From: an uncultured Chloroflexia bacterium
GTDB taxonomy: Bacteria > Chloroflexota > Limnocylindria > QHBO01
NCBI GenBank assembly: GCA_963783495.1
Contig: CAWANT010000006.1
Coordinates: 199,799-263,798, forward strand
Direction of reading: 5' to 3'
DNA: 64,000 nucleotides
Below are positions 10,423 through 22,587 of this stretch, one piece after another. The notes under the pieces were generated by a model. It searched no databases and was not told the origin of the DNA. It was given only the letters and a program-made list of their open reading frames with translations. The first letter of the stretch is position 1. Each line of letters starts with the position of its first letter. The position numbers were made by a program, and so were the translations under genes.

Positions 10423-10818
10423 ATGGCTCGAAGAGGCAAGGCAGCGAACCGGAACGCTCGGCGCAGGGCGCAACGCAGCACCGCGCAGCGCCAGCCGACG
10501 ACCGGTCCCGCGGGCGACGCGTCGGCGGTCGAGGCGGACTCGTCCACGACCGCCATGCCGGATGCCTTCGAGATCGCCGATGCCGAAGTGCGGGCCGCCG
10601 CACAGCCGCCGCTGGCCACGACCGCCGGCGCGATGCGCGCCAAGCCACGTCCCGCCGACCCGCGCGTCACGGTTGGCTCGTCGCGGCTGAACGAGCGCGC
10701 TGTGGCCGAGTACCACTACGTCCAGCGCGACCTGCGCAACATCGGCATCCTGGCCGTCATCCTGGCCGCACTGCTGGCCGCCGCCACGGTCCTGGTCAAC
10801 GTCACCGGCCTGATCTGA
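10423..10818 (+). CDS. hypothetical protein, basic N-terminus and C-terminal TM anchor
   Basis: In ORF 10375..10818 the internal start is MARRGKAANRNARRRAQR. The conserved-looking tail is AEYHYVQRDLRNIGILAVILAALLAAATVLV. Confidence 0.5.
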   Translation: MARRGKAANRNARRRAQRSTAQRQPTTGPAGDASAVEADSSTTAMPDAFEIADAEVRAAAQPPLATTAGAMRAKPRPADPRVTVGSSRLNERAVAEYHYVQRDLRNIGILAVILAALLAAATVLVNVTGLI

Positions 10819-10831
10819 GCCGCAGCGGGCA

Positions 10832-10848
10832 AGCGCCGATCGGGCGCT
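10832..10848. terminator. possible bidirectional hairpin between convergent genes
   Basis: AGCGCC-GATCG-GGCGCT forms a 6-bp stem in the 28-nt gap between the convergent stops at 10818 and 10847. There is no U-tract. Confidence 0.25.
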
Positions 10849-11254
10849 AATTCGGCCGCGGCTCCTCCGCGGCAACCTCTTGCGCCGCCATCTCCTTCTC
10901 GAGCCGCTGAGCGTGGCGTTCCTCAACTCGATCGGTGGTCCGGCTGATCGTCTGCCGGGCGACTTCGGAGGCAAAGACCACCAGGACCCCGACTCCGGCG
11001 AGCACGAAGAAGATCGTGAAGATCTTGCCGATCGCCGTTGCCGGCGCGAAGTCCCCGTAGCCCACCGTGGCCAGGGTCGTCACCGAGAAGTAGAGCGCGT
11101 CCAGCGGGTCCCAGCGCTCGATCAGGGTGTAGAAGACCGTCCCGGTCGCCAGGAGGCCGATGAGCACGAGGCCAATCGTCCTCGTCCGCTCCTGGCGGAT
11201 GACGAGCGCGACCGACCCGATGAAGGTCGTCCACAGGAAGGCAATCGCACGCAT
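10847..11254 (-). CDS. two-TM potassium channel (KcsA-like pore only)
   Basis: Internal ATG of ORF 10847..11434 (MRAIAFLWTTF...). Selectivity filter TTLATVGYGDF lies between two hydrophobic helices. The ATG overlaps the reconstructed rarA stop (TGATG). Confidence 0.85.
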   Translation of the reverse strand: MRAIAFLWTTFIGSVALVIRQERTRTIGLVLIGLLATGTVFYTLIERWDPLDALYFSVTTLATVGYGDFAPATAIGKIFTIFFVLAGVGVLVVFASEVARQTISRTTDRVEERHAQRLEKEMAAQEVAAEEPRPN

Positions 11255-12596
11255 CAGCCCTTCCCGTTGCTGCGCCGCTGCCGGCGCAGCCGCTGCAGTC
11301 GCTCGCCGATCTGCGATCTCCAGGCCCTGATCGGATGGCTCGTAGTAGACCTTGCCAGCGAGCTCATCGGGCAGGTACTGCTGGTCGACATCGGCGTCGT
11401 CGTAGTCGTGCGGGATAGAGGTACCCCTTGCCATAGCCGTGCTCGCGTGCCAGTCGGCGGTGGGCCGACGGCCGCAGGTGCAGCGGCACCGGCAGCCGCC
11501 CCTGCTCCTCGACGTCCGCCAGCGCGCTGAAGTAGGCGGCCCCTGCCCGGTTCGACTTCGGCGCCGAGGCGACGTAGGCGGCCGCCTGCGCCAGCGCGTA
11601 CTGCGCCTCCGGCAGTCCGATCATCTCGACCGCCTGCATGGCCGACACCGCGACCTGCAGCGCGCGTGGATCGGCGTTGCCGACGTCCTCGCTGGCCGCG
11701 ATCACGATCCGGCGGGCGATGAAGGTCGGGTCCTCCCCGGCCGCCACCATGCTGGCGCACCAGTACAGCGCGGCATCCGGGTCGTTGCCCCGCATGCTCT
11801 TGATGAAGGCCGAGGCGGCCTCGTAGTGCTGGTCGCCGACCCGGTCGTAGGCCAGCAGCCGCTGCTGGGCAGCCTCCGCCACCGCCTCCGGCCCGATGTC
11901 GACGCCGTCCGGCGCCACCGAGGCCGTCGCCTCCAGGATGTTGAGCGCCTGCCGGGCGTCCCCGCCGGACAGGTCGAGCAGCGAGGCCAGCGCCTCATCC
12001 GTGAGCTGAGACGCGCCGACCCAGGCCGCGCTCCTCGCTCAGCGCCCGTTCGACGATGACTCGCAGCTCGTCCTCGGCCAACGGCTCCAGCCGATAGACC
12101 CGCAGGCGCGACAGGAGCGGCGAGTTCAGCTCGTAGTACGGGATTCTCGGTGGTGGCACCGATCAGGGTGATCGTGCCGTCCTCGACGTGCGGCAGCAGG
12201 GCGTCCTGCTGTGCCTTGTTGAACCGATGCAGCTCGTCGATGAAGGCGACCGTCCGACCACCCTGCTGGCGCAGCGCCTTCGCATCGGCCACCAGCGCGC
12301 GCACGTCGGCGACCCCGCTGGTCACCGCCGACAGCTGCCGCCAGGTGCCCTCCGAGCGCTCCGCCAGCAGCCGCGCCAGCGTGGTCTTGCCGGAGCCCGG
12401 CGGTCCCCACAGCACCATGGACGGCAGGTAGCCGGGCTTCACCACCCGGCTCAGCGCGCCGTCGTCGCCGATCAAGCGCCACCTGGCCCACGAACTCGTC
12501 CAGGCTGCGCGGCCGCATCCGCGCCGCCAGGGGCGCATCGGCCGGCGGCTCGGCGTCGAACAGCGGTGCGGTCAGGTCCGGCGACTTGCGCGGCAT
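11254..12596 (-). CDS. rarA: replication-associated recombination protein A (AAA+; frame-disrupted)
   Basis: Fragments:
- 12126..12596: MRPRSLDEFVGQ
- 11702..12538: MVLWGPPGSGKTTLARLLA, AFIDELHRFNKAQQDALLPHVEDGTITLIGATTENP
- 11364..11918: HYEAASAFIKSMRGNDPDAALYW...ASEDVGNADP
- head of 10847..11434: HDYDDADVDQQYLPDELAGKVYYEP
- tail of 11254..11760: IGERLQRLRRQ. Confidence 0.9.
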
Positions 12597-12619
12597 CGAT
12601 CGGCCTCCATCGGCCGATT

Positions 12620-13795
12620 ATGATGCGGCGCATGGAACAGAACCTGCGCATCCCCGGCCCGACGCCGATCCCCGACGAAGTGCGCCAGGCCCAGGCCGCT
12701 CCGATGATCGATCACCGCGGCACCGAGTTCGCCTCGATGCAGGCGGAGATCACCAACGGGCTCGCGACGCTGATCGGCACGCAGCGGCGACGTGGTCCTG
12801 CTGACTGGCTCCGGCTCCGGCGCAATGGAAGCGGCCGTCGTCAACAGCCTCTCGCCCGGCGACCGGGTGCTGGCCGTCATCATCGGCGGCTTCGGCGATC
12901 GCTTCGCCGACATCGCGGAGGCGTTCGGCGCGCAGGTCGACCGCATGGAGGTCGAGTGGGGCGAGGCTGCCGACCCGGCCACGCTCGCCGCTCGCCTGGC
13001 CGACGCAGTCACCGTACCGCGCCGTGCTGCTGACCCATAACGAGACCTCGACCGGCGTCGCCAACCCACTCCGCGAGCTGGTCGCCGCCGTCCATGCCGC
13101 GCCGGGCGACCCGTTGGTGATCGTCGACGGCATCAGCGGCCTGGGCGCCATGCCGTTCGAGATGGACGCCTGGGGCGTCGACCTGGTGGTCAGCGCCAGC
13201 CAGAAGGCGTGGATGGCCTCGCCCGGCATTGCCATCGCCGCCATCGGCAACGCGCCCGGGCGGCCGAGGCGCTTGGCCAGCATGCCGCGCGTCTACTGGA
13301 GACTTCGCCGAGGCCCGCAAGTGGGCGGAGAAGGGCCAGACGCCCTGGACCCCGGCCGTGGCCGTGCTGTACGGCCTGCGCGTCGGGGTACGGCGGCTGA
13401 TGGAAGAGGGTCGCGAGCGCACCTGGGCCCGCCATGAGGCGATTGCCGCCGGATCGCAGGCCGGCCTGGAGGGCCTGGGGCTGCGGCTCGTCGCGAAGCC
13501 GCAGGATCGGTCCGCCACCGTCACCGCCGCCTGGCTGCCGGACGGCCTGGAGTGGGCTCCGTTCAACCGGGACATGCGCGACCGCGGGCTGGTGGTGGCC
13601 GGCGGCCAGGGCAAGTGGACGGGCAGGATCATGCGCTTCGGGCACATGGGCATGGTCGAGATCGCCGAGATGGTCGACGCGGTGCGGGTCATGGGCGAGA
13701 CCATGGGCGACCACGGCTTCGCCACCGATGTCGCCGCTGCCTGCCAGGGCACCCAGGACGCCTACGAGGCATCGCGCTCCGCCGCCGCACGGTGA
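12620..13795 (+). CDS. class V pyridoxal-phosphate aminotransferase (serine/alanine-glyoxylate type; frame-disrupted)
   Basis: Fragments:
- 12188..13033: MEQNLRIPGPTPIPDEV
- 12792..13040: VLLTGSGSGAMEAAV
- 13024..13437: LLTHNETSTGV, VVSASQKAWMASPG
- 13229..13795: WTPAVAVLYGL...RIMRFGHMG. Confidence 0.8.
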
Positions 13796-13813
13796 CGCCA
13801 CCGCCTGCTGCTG

Positions 13814-14477
13814 GTGCGGCACGGCGTCACGACCTGGAATCGGGAGGGTCGCTTCCAGGGGCACCTCGATCCACCGCTCGACCCGAGCGGGGTCGAGCAG
13901 GCGCGGCTGCTCGGGGCGCGCCTGGCCGCGGACGAGCATGGCCCGCTGCGGATCGTCACCTCGCCGCTGACGCGGGCATCGGCCACCGCGGAGCTGCTCG
14001 CCGAAGCCCTGCGCGGCGTCGGGCGCCAGATAGCTGTCGAGACGCAGGACGGCCTGATGGAGATCGGCCAGGGCGACTGGTCGGGACGGACACACTCCGA
14101 GATCGCGCGCGACGACCCGGAGCGCTACGCCGCCTGGCGCGCCGGCGGCGACCGGGTCACGCCGCCCGGCGGCGAGACACTGGAGGCAGCGACCAGCCGC
14201 ATCGTGGCGGCGCTCGGCGCGCTCACGACAGAGCGGAAGGACAGCCCTCTGCCTGGTATCGCACGGGGGCATCCTGCGATTGGCGGCCGGCCACCTGCTG
14301 GAGCTGCCGCTTCTCGCGGCATGGGCGCTCGACGTGGACAACGCATCGGTCTCACGGCTGTCCCGGCAGGCCATGGACGATCCATGGCGGGTCGAGTCGT
14401 GGAACGACACGGCCCATCTGCTGGGGCAGGTCGGACTGCACGAGGACGAGGCAGAGGGCGCGCCACTGGCGTTGTGA
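13814..14477 (+). CDS. histidine phosphatase (phosphoglycerate-mutase family; one frame break ~14250-14280)
   Basis: ORF 13814..14728 opens (L)LLVRHGVTTWNREGRFQGHLDPPLD with the RHG motif. ORF 14280..14477 supplies the tail AAGHLLELPLLAAWALDVDNASVSRL. GTG start directly follows the aminotransferase stop. Confidence 0.8.
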
Positions 14478-14503
14478 ACGTGCCGAACTCCGCGGCTCGC
14501 GGC

Positions 14504-16823
14504 TCAGTGGCTGGGCAACACTCCGCGAAGTCGCCGGCGCACGGCCAGCCACACCAACGGCCACTGCAGGCGCTTCCAGGCGGCCTCCATGCGCGCGATG
14601 GCGTTTCCGCTGATTCCGTGGCCGGAGTAGCTCTGCCACACCTTGCCATCGGCGATGGTGCGGATCTGCGGCTGCTGCTTGGGAATCTGCTCCTCCAGCC
14701 AGCCGGCGTACTCGTAGATCGTTTCTGACGGCCGCTGTGCCACGCCGGCGCGGTCCGCCGCCATGGCCAGCCTGCGCCACTGCCGGTCGCCGGGTGCCAG
14801 GAAGCGCAACGACCGGCGGGCGCGGCGCCAGCGCCACGCGGCGATGCCCAGCACCAGCACGATCAGACCCGCGATGACCATCAGGTTGCCGCCCAGCGCT
14901 CCGCCGTCCTGCGTGTCCTCGCCGGGCGGGGCGCCGCCGACGATCGGGTTCAGCGACGGCAACGCATTGACGTTGCCATCATCGGTGGGATCGAGCCCGA
15001 CCGGCAGGCTGGGCAGGGGGCCACCGGAGCCCGCAGGCTGCTCTACCCGGCCAGGGACCCGGACGACGGGGCGGATCGACTTGGTCGCCTCGAATACCTG
15101 CCAGCCATAGCCGGGGAAGTACAGCTCGGCCCATGCATGGGCGTTCTTCTGCCTGACCTGCCACACCGGCGAGGGCGCCGCATCCGGCGGAAGGTCAGGC
15201 ACCTGGACGCGCTGGCCGGGCGCATATCCCACCGCCATCCTGGCCGGGATCCCGAGCGTGCGGGCCATGACGACCATGGCGGACGCGTACTGCTCGCAGA
15301 ATCCCACCTGGCCGTTGGTCGGATCGAAGAGGAAGTAGTCGACCAGGTCCTGCCCAGGATCGTCCGGGAGGCCTGCGGTCGTGCTGTAGGCGAACGCTTC
15401 GTTGCCCTGGAGATATCGCGCCAGGGCCTCGGCCTGATCGAACGGGGTGGAGGCCTCGGCGGCCATCGGCGATCTCGTCTGCCAGCTGCCGCGTCCGCTC
15501 CGTCACGCCATCGGTGCCGAGATAGAACCGCGCGACTTCCGCCGGGTAGCTCGTGCCCGCGGCCTGCAGCTGGGCCTTGGTTGCCTTGCTGATGGCCACC
15601 GTCATCGCGTAGCCGGTACCGGCGTCGACAGGCCCCGTCGCCTTCAACGCACCGAGGAACGGCTGGTCACCGGTCTCGACCACCAGGACCGGCGCGAACG
15701 TCTTGATCGGGTAGCCGGCCGAGTACAGGTAGCGCGAGGTTGGGCTCTGGATCTGGACCTCGATGGTCTCGTTCTCGAACGCCTCGCCCACGGTCGGCAC
15801 CTCGGGGCTGTCTGCGCCGAAGGTTGGCTGCTCTCTCTCCACCTGCCGCTCGCGGCCGGGCGTCTGAGTCCAGCCGTGCCCGTCGTAGTTGTCATAGGTC
15901 ACGGCGCGCAGGTACAGGCCCTGTGTCGCCGCGACCGTCAGCATCGGCTTGTCGCTGCTGGACCATTCGCCGGCGATCCGGAAGCTGGGACCGAAATTCG
16001 TGCCGTGGAATCGCGACTCGGAGTTGCTCAGCCCACCGAAGACGGTGTCCAGGTTGTCGCGGACGCCGCCCCAGACCGTGTCCAGGTTGTTCCACACGGC
16101 GGTCAGCGGCGCGGCCACCGCCACCGTGGTGAGGACGGAGGCCATCACCAGGCTGCCGGCTATGAACACCAGGCCGCTCCGCATGATGGCGGCCGGCACC
16201 TCGCTGTTCTCGTTGACGCGGCGCCGCTGCCAGCCCTCCTCGCGGCCGATGAGGGCCGCGCGCAGCCACAGCAGCAGCGCGGCGAGCATGAACAGGACGA
16301 GGTAGGGAAGGAGATCGGTCAGGGTCGCCGAAATGTTCGCGATGACCAGCGCACCGACCAGCAGGATGGCGTCCAGCACCCGATGGTGCCGGTACAGCGT
16401 GTAGGCGGCGATGAAGGCCGTCACCCACATCAGCACGCCGAGCCCGACGGCGTAGGGGGTGAGCTGCGGCGCGTAGCCGCGGTCGGCCAGGATGCGCACC
16501 CAGTTCACCGCGTCGTCCCGCAGAGTCAGGAACCGGGCGTCCTGCGACAGCACCGGGAAGTACTCGCCGCCGACGGTCCACAGCACGATGCCGGCCCCGA
16601 CCACCGCACTGATCGGCAGCGTCAGGGTCACGCTCAGCGGGGTGAGCGCCAGGAAGGCTCCCAGCAGGAGCGCGAAGAATGCGATCGGCACCAGGAACTC
16701 GGTCTGCTCGAGCCACTCGGCGCGCTGCACGCTCCAGCACAGGCTGAGCAGCATGACCATCAGCAGGGCGGCCGACAGCCAGCCCTCCCGCGGCTGCAGG
16801 TAGCGCCGCAGTCCCTCAGGCAC
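14504..16823 (-). CDS. transglutaminase-domain membrane protein (TgpA-like; one frame break ~15450)
   Basis: ORF 15195..16904 gives the multi-TM N-terminal half. ORF 14504..15466 gives the core GFCEQYASAMVVMARTLGIPARMAVGY...NAHAWAELYFPGYGWQVFEAT and a C-terminal TM. The GTG at 16823 overlaps the DUF58 stop. Confidence 0.85.
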
Positions 16824-18082
16824 GGAGCTCCTCCCGGGACAACACGGCGGGTCGCGAGGCCCGGCGGCCGGTGGCGCCACCCAGCACCTCGGGGATGTCG
16901 TCACCCGAGCGCAGCAGGTAGTAGGTGATGTCGTACTCGGCCAGCGCGTGGCGAACGGCCGACAGCTCCGGCGATGCCTCGTCGCTGCGTCCCACGTAGC
17001 TGTCGCGATCGAGCAGCACCACCACCGCGCCCACTCCGCGGCGCCGCAGCGAGGCCAGCGCGCGGACCCACTCGCGGTCGGTGGAGCCGGTCACGATGCA
17101 GAGCGTCATGCCGCGCCGCAGCTGCGGGAGCGAGGCCACCAGGACTTCAGCCAGCGGGCGAGAGCCGTCGGCCTGCACGTTGGCCAGCAGGTGCAGGATC
17201 TTCTGCTCCACGCGCGTGCCGCGGTCCGGTGTCAGGACGTGCTGCCGTCGCGACGACACCGTCATCCCCACCGCCCGGTTCTCACCCAGCGTCTGCACCG
17301 CGATCGACGCGGCGGCGCTGACGCCGGCCTCCACCGAGGCGGACTCCCCCACCCCGGCATGCGCGGAGCGCTCGAGATCGAGCAGCAGCAGCAGGTCGGC
17401 GGTCTGCTCCAGGTCGAACTCCTTCACGTGCAGCTCGGAGTGCCGCACGCTGGAGAGCCAGTGGATGCGGTTGATGGCGTCGCCATGGACGTAGGGCCGG
17501 ATGCTGCTGACCAGCGGGCTGGCCGCCTCGAAGCGCCGACGCGATGGCGCGGTGCCGTCAACCGGCGACGGCGGCAGGCGCCAGTGCGGCAGCTCATGGA
17601 CCTTCGGGAAAACGACCACCCAGGTCGGCTGGCCAACCACCATCTCGCTGGCGAACAGGCCGAATGGGTCTCCGGTTCGTACCCGCAGGGCGCCGAGCCG
17701 GTACGAGCCACGGCGCAGCAGCGTGACCTTGGCCAGCCACTGCCGGTTGCCGCGAGCGGCGACCCCGATCACCCGGCCCGGCAGCGGCGCCGGAAGGGTC
17801 GAGTCGTTCCACAGCTCCACCCATGGCTTGCCCCAGCCGGTCTCGTTGTCGACGCGGTAGACCGCCTGCAGCACCTCGCCCACCTGGGCGCGCGGGTTCA
17901 GGACGTGGTAGCCGGCCCGCAGCCCCTGCAGGCCGCGCCGCGCGTACAGCCACGAGGCCAAGCAGCAGTCCGCCCAACAGGTACACCAGGAAGAAGAGGA
18001 CGGGGATGCCCGTGCTGAAGGCAGCCACCACCAGCACGGTGCCAAGGAAGACGAAGCGGAGCTGTTTGGCCAGGCTGCCCAT
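16816..18082 (-). CDS. DUF58 domain protein (MoxR partner; one frame break ~17945)
   Basis: N-terminal TM segment comes from ORF 17594..18082 (MGSLAKQLRFVFLGTVLVVAAF...). The body comes from ORF 16816..18045 with RPYVHGDAINRIHWLSS. Confidence 0.85.
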
Positions 18083-18119
18083 TGCGCGGACCTCTATGGA
18101 CCTCTGTTCCGAAAGCGCG

Positions 18120-19086
18120 CTAGACGGGACCCGCCGTGGCGCTGGTTGCCTCGCCGATCGGCACCTGGGCCAGGATCTCGCGCACGATCGAATCGGGATC
18201 GATCTCTCGCAGCGATGCCTGGCTCTTGATGATCAGCCGATGGGCGAGGACGGCGACGGCCAGCTGCTTCACGTCGTCGGGGATGACGTAGTCGCGGCCC
18301 TCGAGCGCGGCCAGCGCCTGGCTCGAGCGATAGAGGTTCAAGCGAGCCTCGCGGCGAGGCGCCCAGGTAGACGTCCGGATGCTCGCGCGTGGCGGTGACC
18401 AGCCGGACGATGTACTCGGCCACGGTCTGGTCGACGTAGATCTCCTTGATCCCCGACTGCATCTGGCGCAGCTCCTCCAGGTCCAGGGTCTGGCGCAGGT
18501 CGTCGATCGGGTGCAGGCGCTTCTGCTCGTCCAGGATGACGATCTCCTCCATCGCCTTGGGATAGCCCAGGCGAAGGCGGAGCATGAACCGATCGAGCTG
18601 CGCCTCGGGCAGGGCGAAGGTCCCCTCGTACTCGATCGGGTTCTGGGTGGCGATCACCAGGAACGGCGACGGCATCGGGTAGGTGGTGCCGTCGATGGTG
18701 GCCTGCCGCTCCTCCATGCACTCCAGCAGCGCGGACTGGGTCTTGGGGGTGGCCCGGTTGATCTCATCGGCCAGCACCACCTGCGCCATGATCGGCCCCG
18801 GCCGGAACTCGAACTCCTGGGTCTTCTGGTTGAAGATGGACAGGCCGGTCACGTCGGACGGCAGCAGGTCCGGGGTGAACTGGATGCGGCGGAACGAGCA
18901 GCCGATGGACTTGGACAGCGCCTTGGCCAGCATCGTCTTGCCGACGCCGGGCACGTCCTCGATCAGGATGTGGCCTTCGCAGAGGAGGGCGACGAGGGCC
19001 ATCCGGACCTCGACGTGCTTGCCGACGATGACGCGCTCGACGTTGGCGACGACGCGCTCTGCCGGCTCCTGGACGTTCTTCACCAT
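18120..19086 (-). CDS. moxR: MoxR-family AAA+ ATPase (one frame break ~18345)
   Basis: ORF 18094..19158 from the internal MVKNVQEP carries [18 protein letters not shown] and [23 protein letters not shown]. The tail comes from ORF 18120..18341 ([19 protein letters not shown]). Confidence 0.9.
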
Positions 19087-19229
19087 GTGATGTTCGAGAT
19101 CCTTCGTCTGGATTGGGGCTCGGTGCGGTGGGCACCCTTGCACTTCACAATACCCCACCCTGTTACAGAGTGGTTCAGGAGCCGATGCTGTTCAATCTTC
19201 CCGACGCAATCGCGGCCGATGGAGTGCCG

Positions 19230-20783
19230 TCAGCCACCCGAGCCCAGGATCTTCAGCCACTCGGCCATCACCGCCCCGCCGACAGGGGCCGCGCGACCCG
19301 AGCCTGAGCCGCCGCCCTCGACGATCACCGCCACCGCGATGGCCGGCGTTGCCGAGCCCTGCGCCGGCGCGAAGCCGATGAACCAGGAGTGCGGCTCCCG
19401 CCCAGGCCCCAGCTCGGCCGTGCCGGTCTTGCCGGCGGTCCGCACGCCGGGGACCCCGAAGTTGCTCACCGCGCCGGCGCCCGCGTAGAGGCGGCCCAGC
19501 GGACCCTCGACCGCGTCGACCATGGCGGAGCGAACCTGGGACGCCGTGCCCGCGCTGACGACTCGCGTGCCGCCCGGCGGCGACAGCGTCTCGAGCACCT
19601 GGTCGCTCGGACCGCGCGCCGGCCGGTTGGCATGCGCCCGGATGTCGCGCACCACGTACGGCGTGGGCATGACGCCGTCATTGGCGATGGTCGCCGCCAC
19701 CAGCGCCATCTGCACCGGGGTGACGCTGACGCGCCCCTGCCCGAAGGACGCCTGCGCCAGCTCCGCGCGATCGCTGAACGGCGAACAGTCGCCATCCACC
19801 TGCGGGGTGGTCACGTAGGACGCCGCCACCGGCAGCGCGCGATCGCGGATCGCCGATCGCCAGGCCGGAGCAGAAGCCGAAGGCGCGCGCCTGGTCCAGG
19901 TAGTCCTCCGGGCCAACCTCCAGGCCGACGTGGGCGAAGAAGATGTTGCTCGATACCTGCAGCGCCTCGGACAGCGCCCACAGGGCGGGCTGGACGGGGC
20001 TGAGGTCGTGCTCCAGCACGCGGAACCCATCCACCACGAAGCCCTCGGTCTCCTGGCGCGGCTGGTCGGGGAAGGTGGTCTGTGGCGTGATGGCGCCGGT
20101 CTCGAGACCGGCCGCGGCGGTGACGACCTTCATGATCGAGCCGGGCGTGTAGTGGCCCTGCCGGTCGCGCGCCACCAGCGGGTTGCCGGGCTGGTTGCGG
20201 ATCTGGTTCATGGCCGGCCCGGCCAGTGCCGGGTCGCCGGAGATCGGCGTGGCGTTGAACGTCGGCGTGGAGGTCATGGCCAGCACGGCGCCCGTGCGCG
20301 GGTCGATGGCCACCACCGCCCCGATGTCGGAGCCCAGCTGCGCGGCGGCGAAGTCCTGCAGCCGCTGGTCGACGGTCAGCGTCAGGTCCCGCGGTCGCGG
20401 CTGACGTCCGAGCACGTCGTCCACGATGTCGTTCAGCGGGTTTGGATCGGTCTGGCCGATCAGGATGTCGTCCCAGACGCGCTCCAGCCCGGTGGTCCCG
20501 AATCGCAGGCTCGCGAAGCCGATGAGGTGGGTGAAGGCCGTCGTCGGGGTAGGTGCGCCGGCTGATCCCGTCGACCACCTGGCTGGAGGCCAGGACGTTG
20601 CCGCGCACGTCGAAGATCGAGCCACGCGGCATGCTGCGCCGCGCGGCGATCACCTCCGGGTTGTCCGGCCGGGCGGCCAGCGTCGGGGCATCCACCACCT
20701 GCCACCAGCTGAGCGCCGACGGTCACGATGGCAAAGGCCAGGACGAGGTACACCGCCAGCCGCCGGGCATGGACGGCGATCAC
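19230..20783 (-). CDS. pbpA: penicillin-binding protein 2 / transpeptidase (frame-disrupted)
   Basis: Fragments:
- 20460..20783: N-terminal TM
- 19811..20698
- 19678..20625: TPGSIMKVVTAAAGLE as SxxK, QVSSNIFF as SxN
- 19230..20030: RTAGKTGTAE as KTG
The start overlaps the rodA stop. Confidence 0.85.
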
Positions 20784-22152
20784 GGTCCGCGGCCCTCCTG
20801 CTCGGCCGCCACCGCCGACCGGTGGCTGATGGCCAGCAGCAGCCCGATGATGATGAAGCTGGCCAGCAGGCTCGACCCGCCATAGCTGACGAACGGGAAG
20901 GTGATGCCGGTGAGCGGGATGAGCTTCACGATCCCGGCGGTGATGATCAGCGTCTGCAGGCCCAGGCTGACGGTCAGCCCCACGGCCAGCATGGCGCTGA
21001 AGTCATCGCGGGCCAGGATCGCGACCCGCAGGCCGCGGAAGACGAGCGCCAGCGTCAGGGCCAGCAGCCCGCATGCCCCGATCACGCCCAGCTCCTCGGC
21101 GATCACGGCGAAGATGAAGTCGGTCTCCACCCCGAAGAACCGGCCGCCGGTGGTCGGCAGCAGCGACTGGCCAAGCCCTTCGCCGAACAGGCCGCCGCGT
21201 CCGAAGGCGTACAGCGACTGCACGGTCTGGTAGCCCGCTCCGCTGGGATCGGCGAAGGGATCGAGCCAGGCGTCCACCCGCCGCGCGACGTGCTCGAACA
21301 GCCGCGACGCCACGAAGGAGCCGGCCAGGAACAGCAGCAGGCCGATCAGCACGTAGCTGCGCCGCCCGGTGGCGACGAACAGCATGGTCAGGAAGATGCC
21401 GAAGAAGAGGAGCGCGGTGCCCAGGTCCTTGCCGAAGATCACCACCAGCATGACGATCACGAAGATGGCGAGCATCGGCAGCAGGTAGGGCAGCGGCGGC
21501 ACCCGGATCGGGTCCGAGCGCGCAGGCTGGCGTCGCGCAGCAGCGCGCGATGCTCCGCCAGGTAGCCGGCAATGAAGAGCGACCAGCACGATCTTGATGA
21601 ACTCGGTGGGCTGGAAGCCGATCGGCCCCAGGTAGATCCACAGCCGCGCGCCGTTGACCTCGGTGCCGAACAGGAAGGTGAAGATCAGCAGGGCGATGCC
21701 GGCCAGCGCCCAGGTGTACTTGTAGTGGCGCAGGAAGCGGTCGTCGCGCAGGCCGATCGGCGACGGTCAGCATGGCCACCAGCCCGACCCCGAACCACAG
21801 CAGCTGCGTCGTGGCGCGAGTCGAGATTCAGGCCGAACGCGCTGGTGCTGCCGAGGTCCGGCGCCAGGCGGTTGAGCATGACCATCCCGATCCCGCCGAT
21901 GGTCGCGACCAGCGGCAGCAGCAGCGGATCGCCGCGGTTGCCGGTGGCCACCAGCACGAAGTGGGCAGCCAGCATCATCACCATGTAGATGGCGGCCAGG
22001 ATCATCGGCCCCGGATCGGCCGACGCCGTGCGGTAGATGTTGGTGGCCGCGAAGCCGATCGGCAGCAGGATCAGCAGCGGCAGCAGCATGCGCAGCTCCA
22101 CCCAGCGCCAGGTCGACGCGCGCCCGCGGCGTGCGGCGGCGTCAGCGCTCAA
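20780..22152 (-). CDS. rodA: FtsW/RodA/SpoVE-family peptidoglycan glycosyltransferase (frame-disrupted)
   Basis: Fragments:
- 21685..22152: N-terminal TMs
- my reverse reading of 21600-21750: FLRHYKYTWALAGIALLIFTFLFGTEVNGARLWIYLGPIGFQPTEF
- 20780..21589: FGVETDFIFAVIAEELGVIGA, ITFPFVSYGGSSLLASFIIIGLLLAI. Confidence 0.85.
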
Positions 22153-22587
22153 GCCGCATCCTGACCCGACCGATCGTCAGCTCGTCGCCGAAGGACAGCG
22201 CCACCGGCCGATCGATGCGATGGCCGTTGACGTAGGTGCCGTTGGTGCTGCCCTGGTCCTCGACGAACCAGCTCCGCCCGCGGAAGGTGAGCATGGCGTG
22301 GGTGGCGCTCACGAAGTCGTCGTCGATGAAGATGGTGTTGTTCACGTTGCGGCCGATGGAGTTGATCGGCCCCAGCGCGATGGCGCCGCCCGGCGGGCGG
22401 CTCGTCGTCCGGCGACTCGAGGACGGCCAGCCGTCCGATGCCGGCCTGGCTGGCCAGCTGCGCCCGCTCGGCGCTGCGCAGGTCGCGCAGCAGGGAGCGC
22501 GCGAAGCGCCAGCAGGATCAGGTAGAGGAGCCCCAGGAAGCCGAGCTGGAGGACGAGGAGCAGGATCCGGAGGACCTCCCCGGTCAT
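22142..22587 (-). CDS. fhaB: FHA-domain protein with N-terminal TM (FhaB-like; frame-disrupted)
   Basis: Start MTGEVLRILLLVLQLGFLGLLYLILLAL lies inside ORF 22342..23079. The FHA domain is at the end of ORF 22142..23344 (SIGRNVNNTIFIDDDFVSATHAMLTF...GSTNGTYVNG). Confidence 0.75.

Noticed and set aside
10847-11434. 195-aa ORF as a single protein
   Set aside because: It is a chimera. The first 60 codons are the frameshifted C-terminal region of rarA (HDYDDADVDQQYLPDELAGKVYYEP). The potassium channel starts at the internal ATG at 11254.
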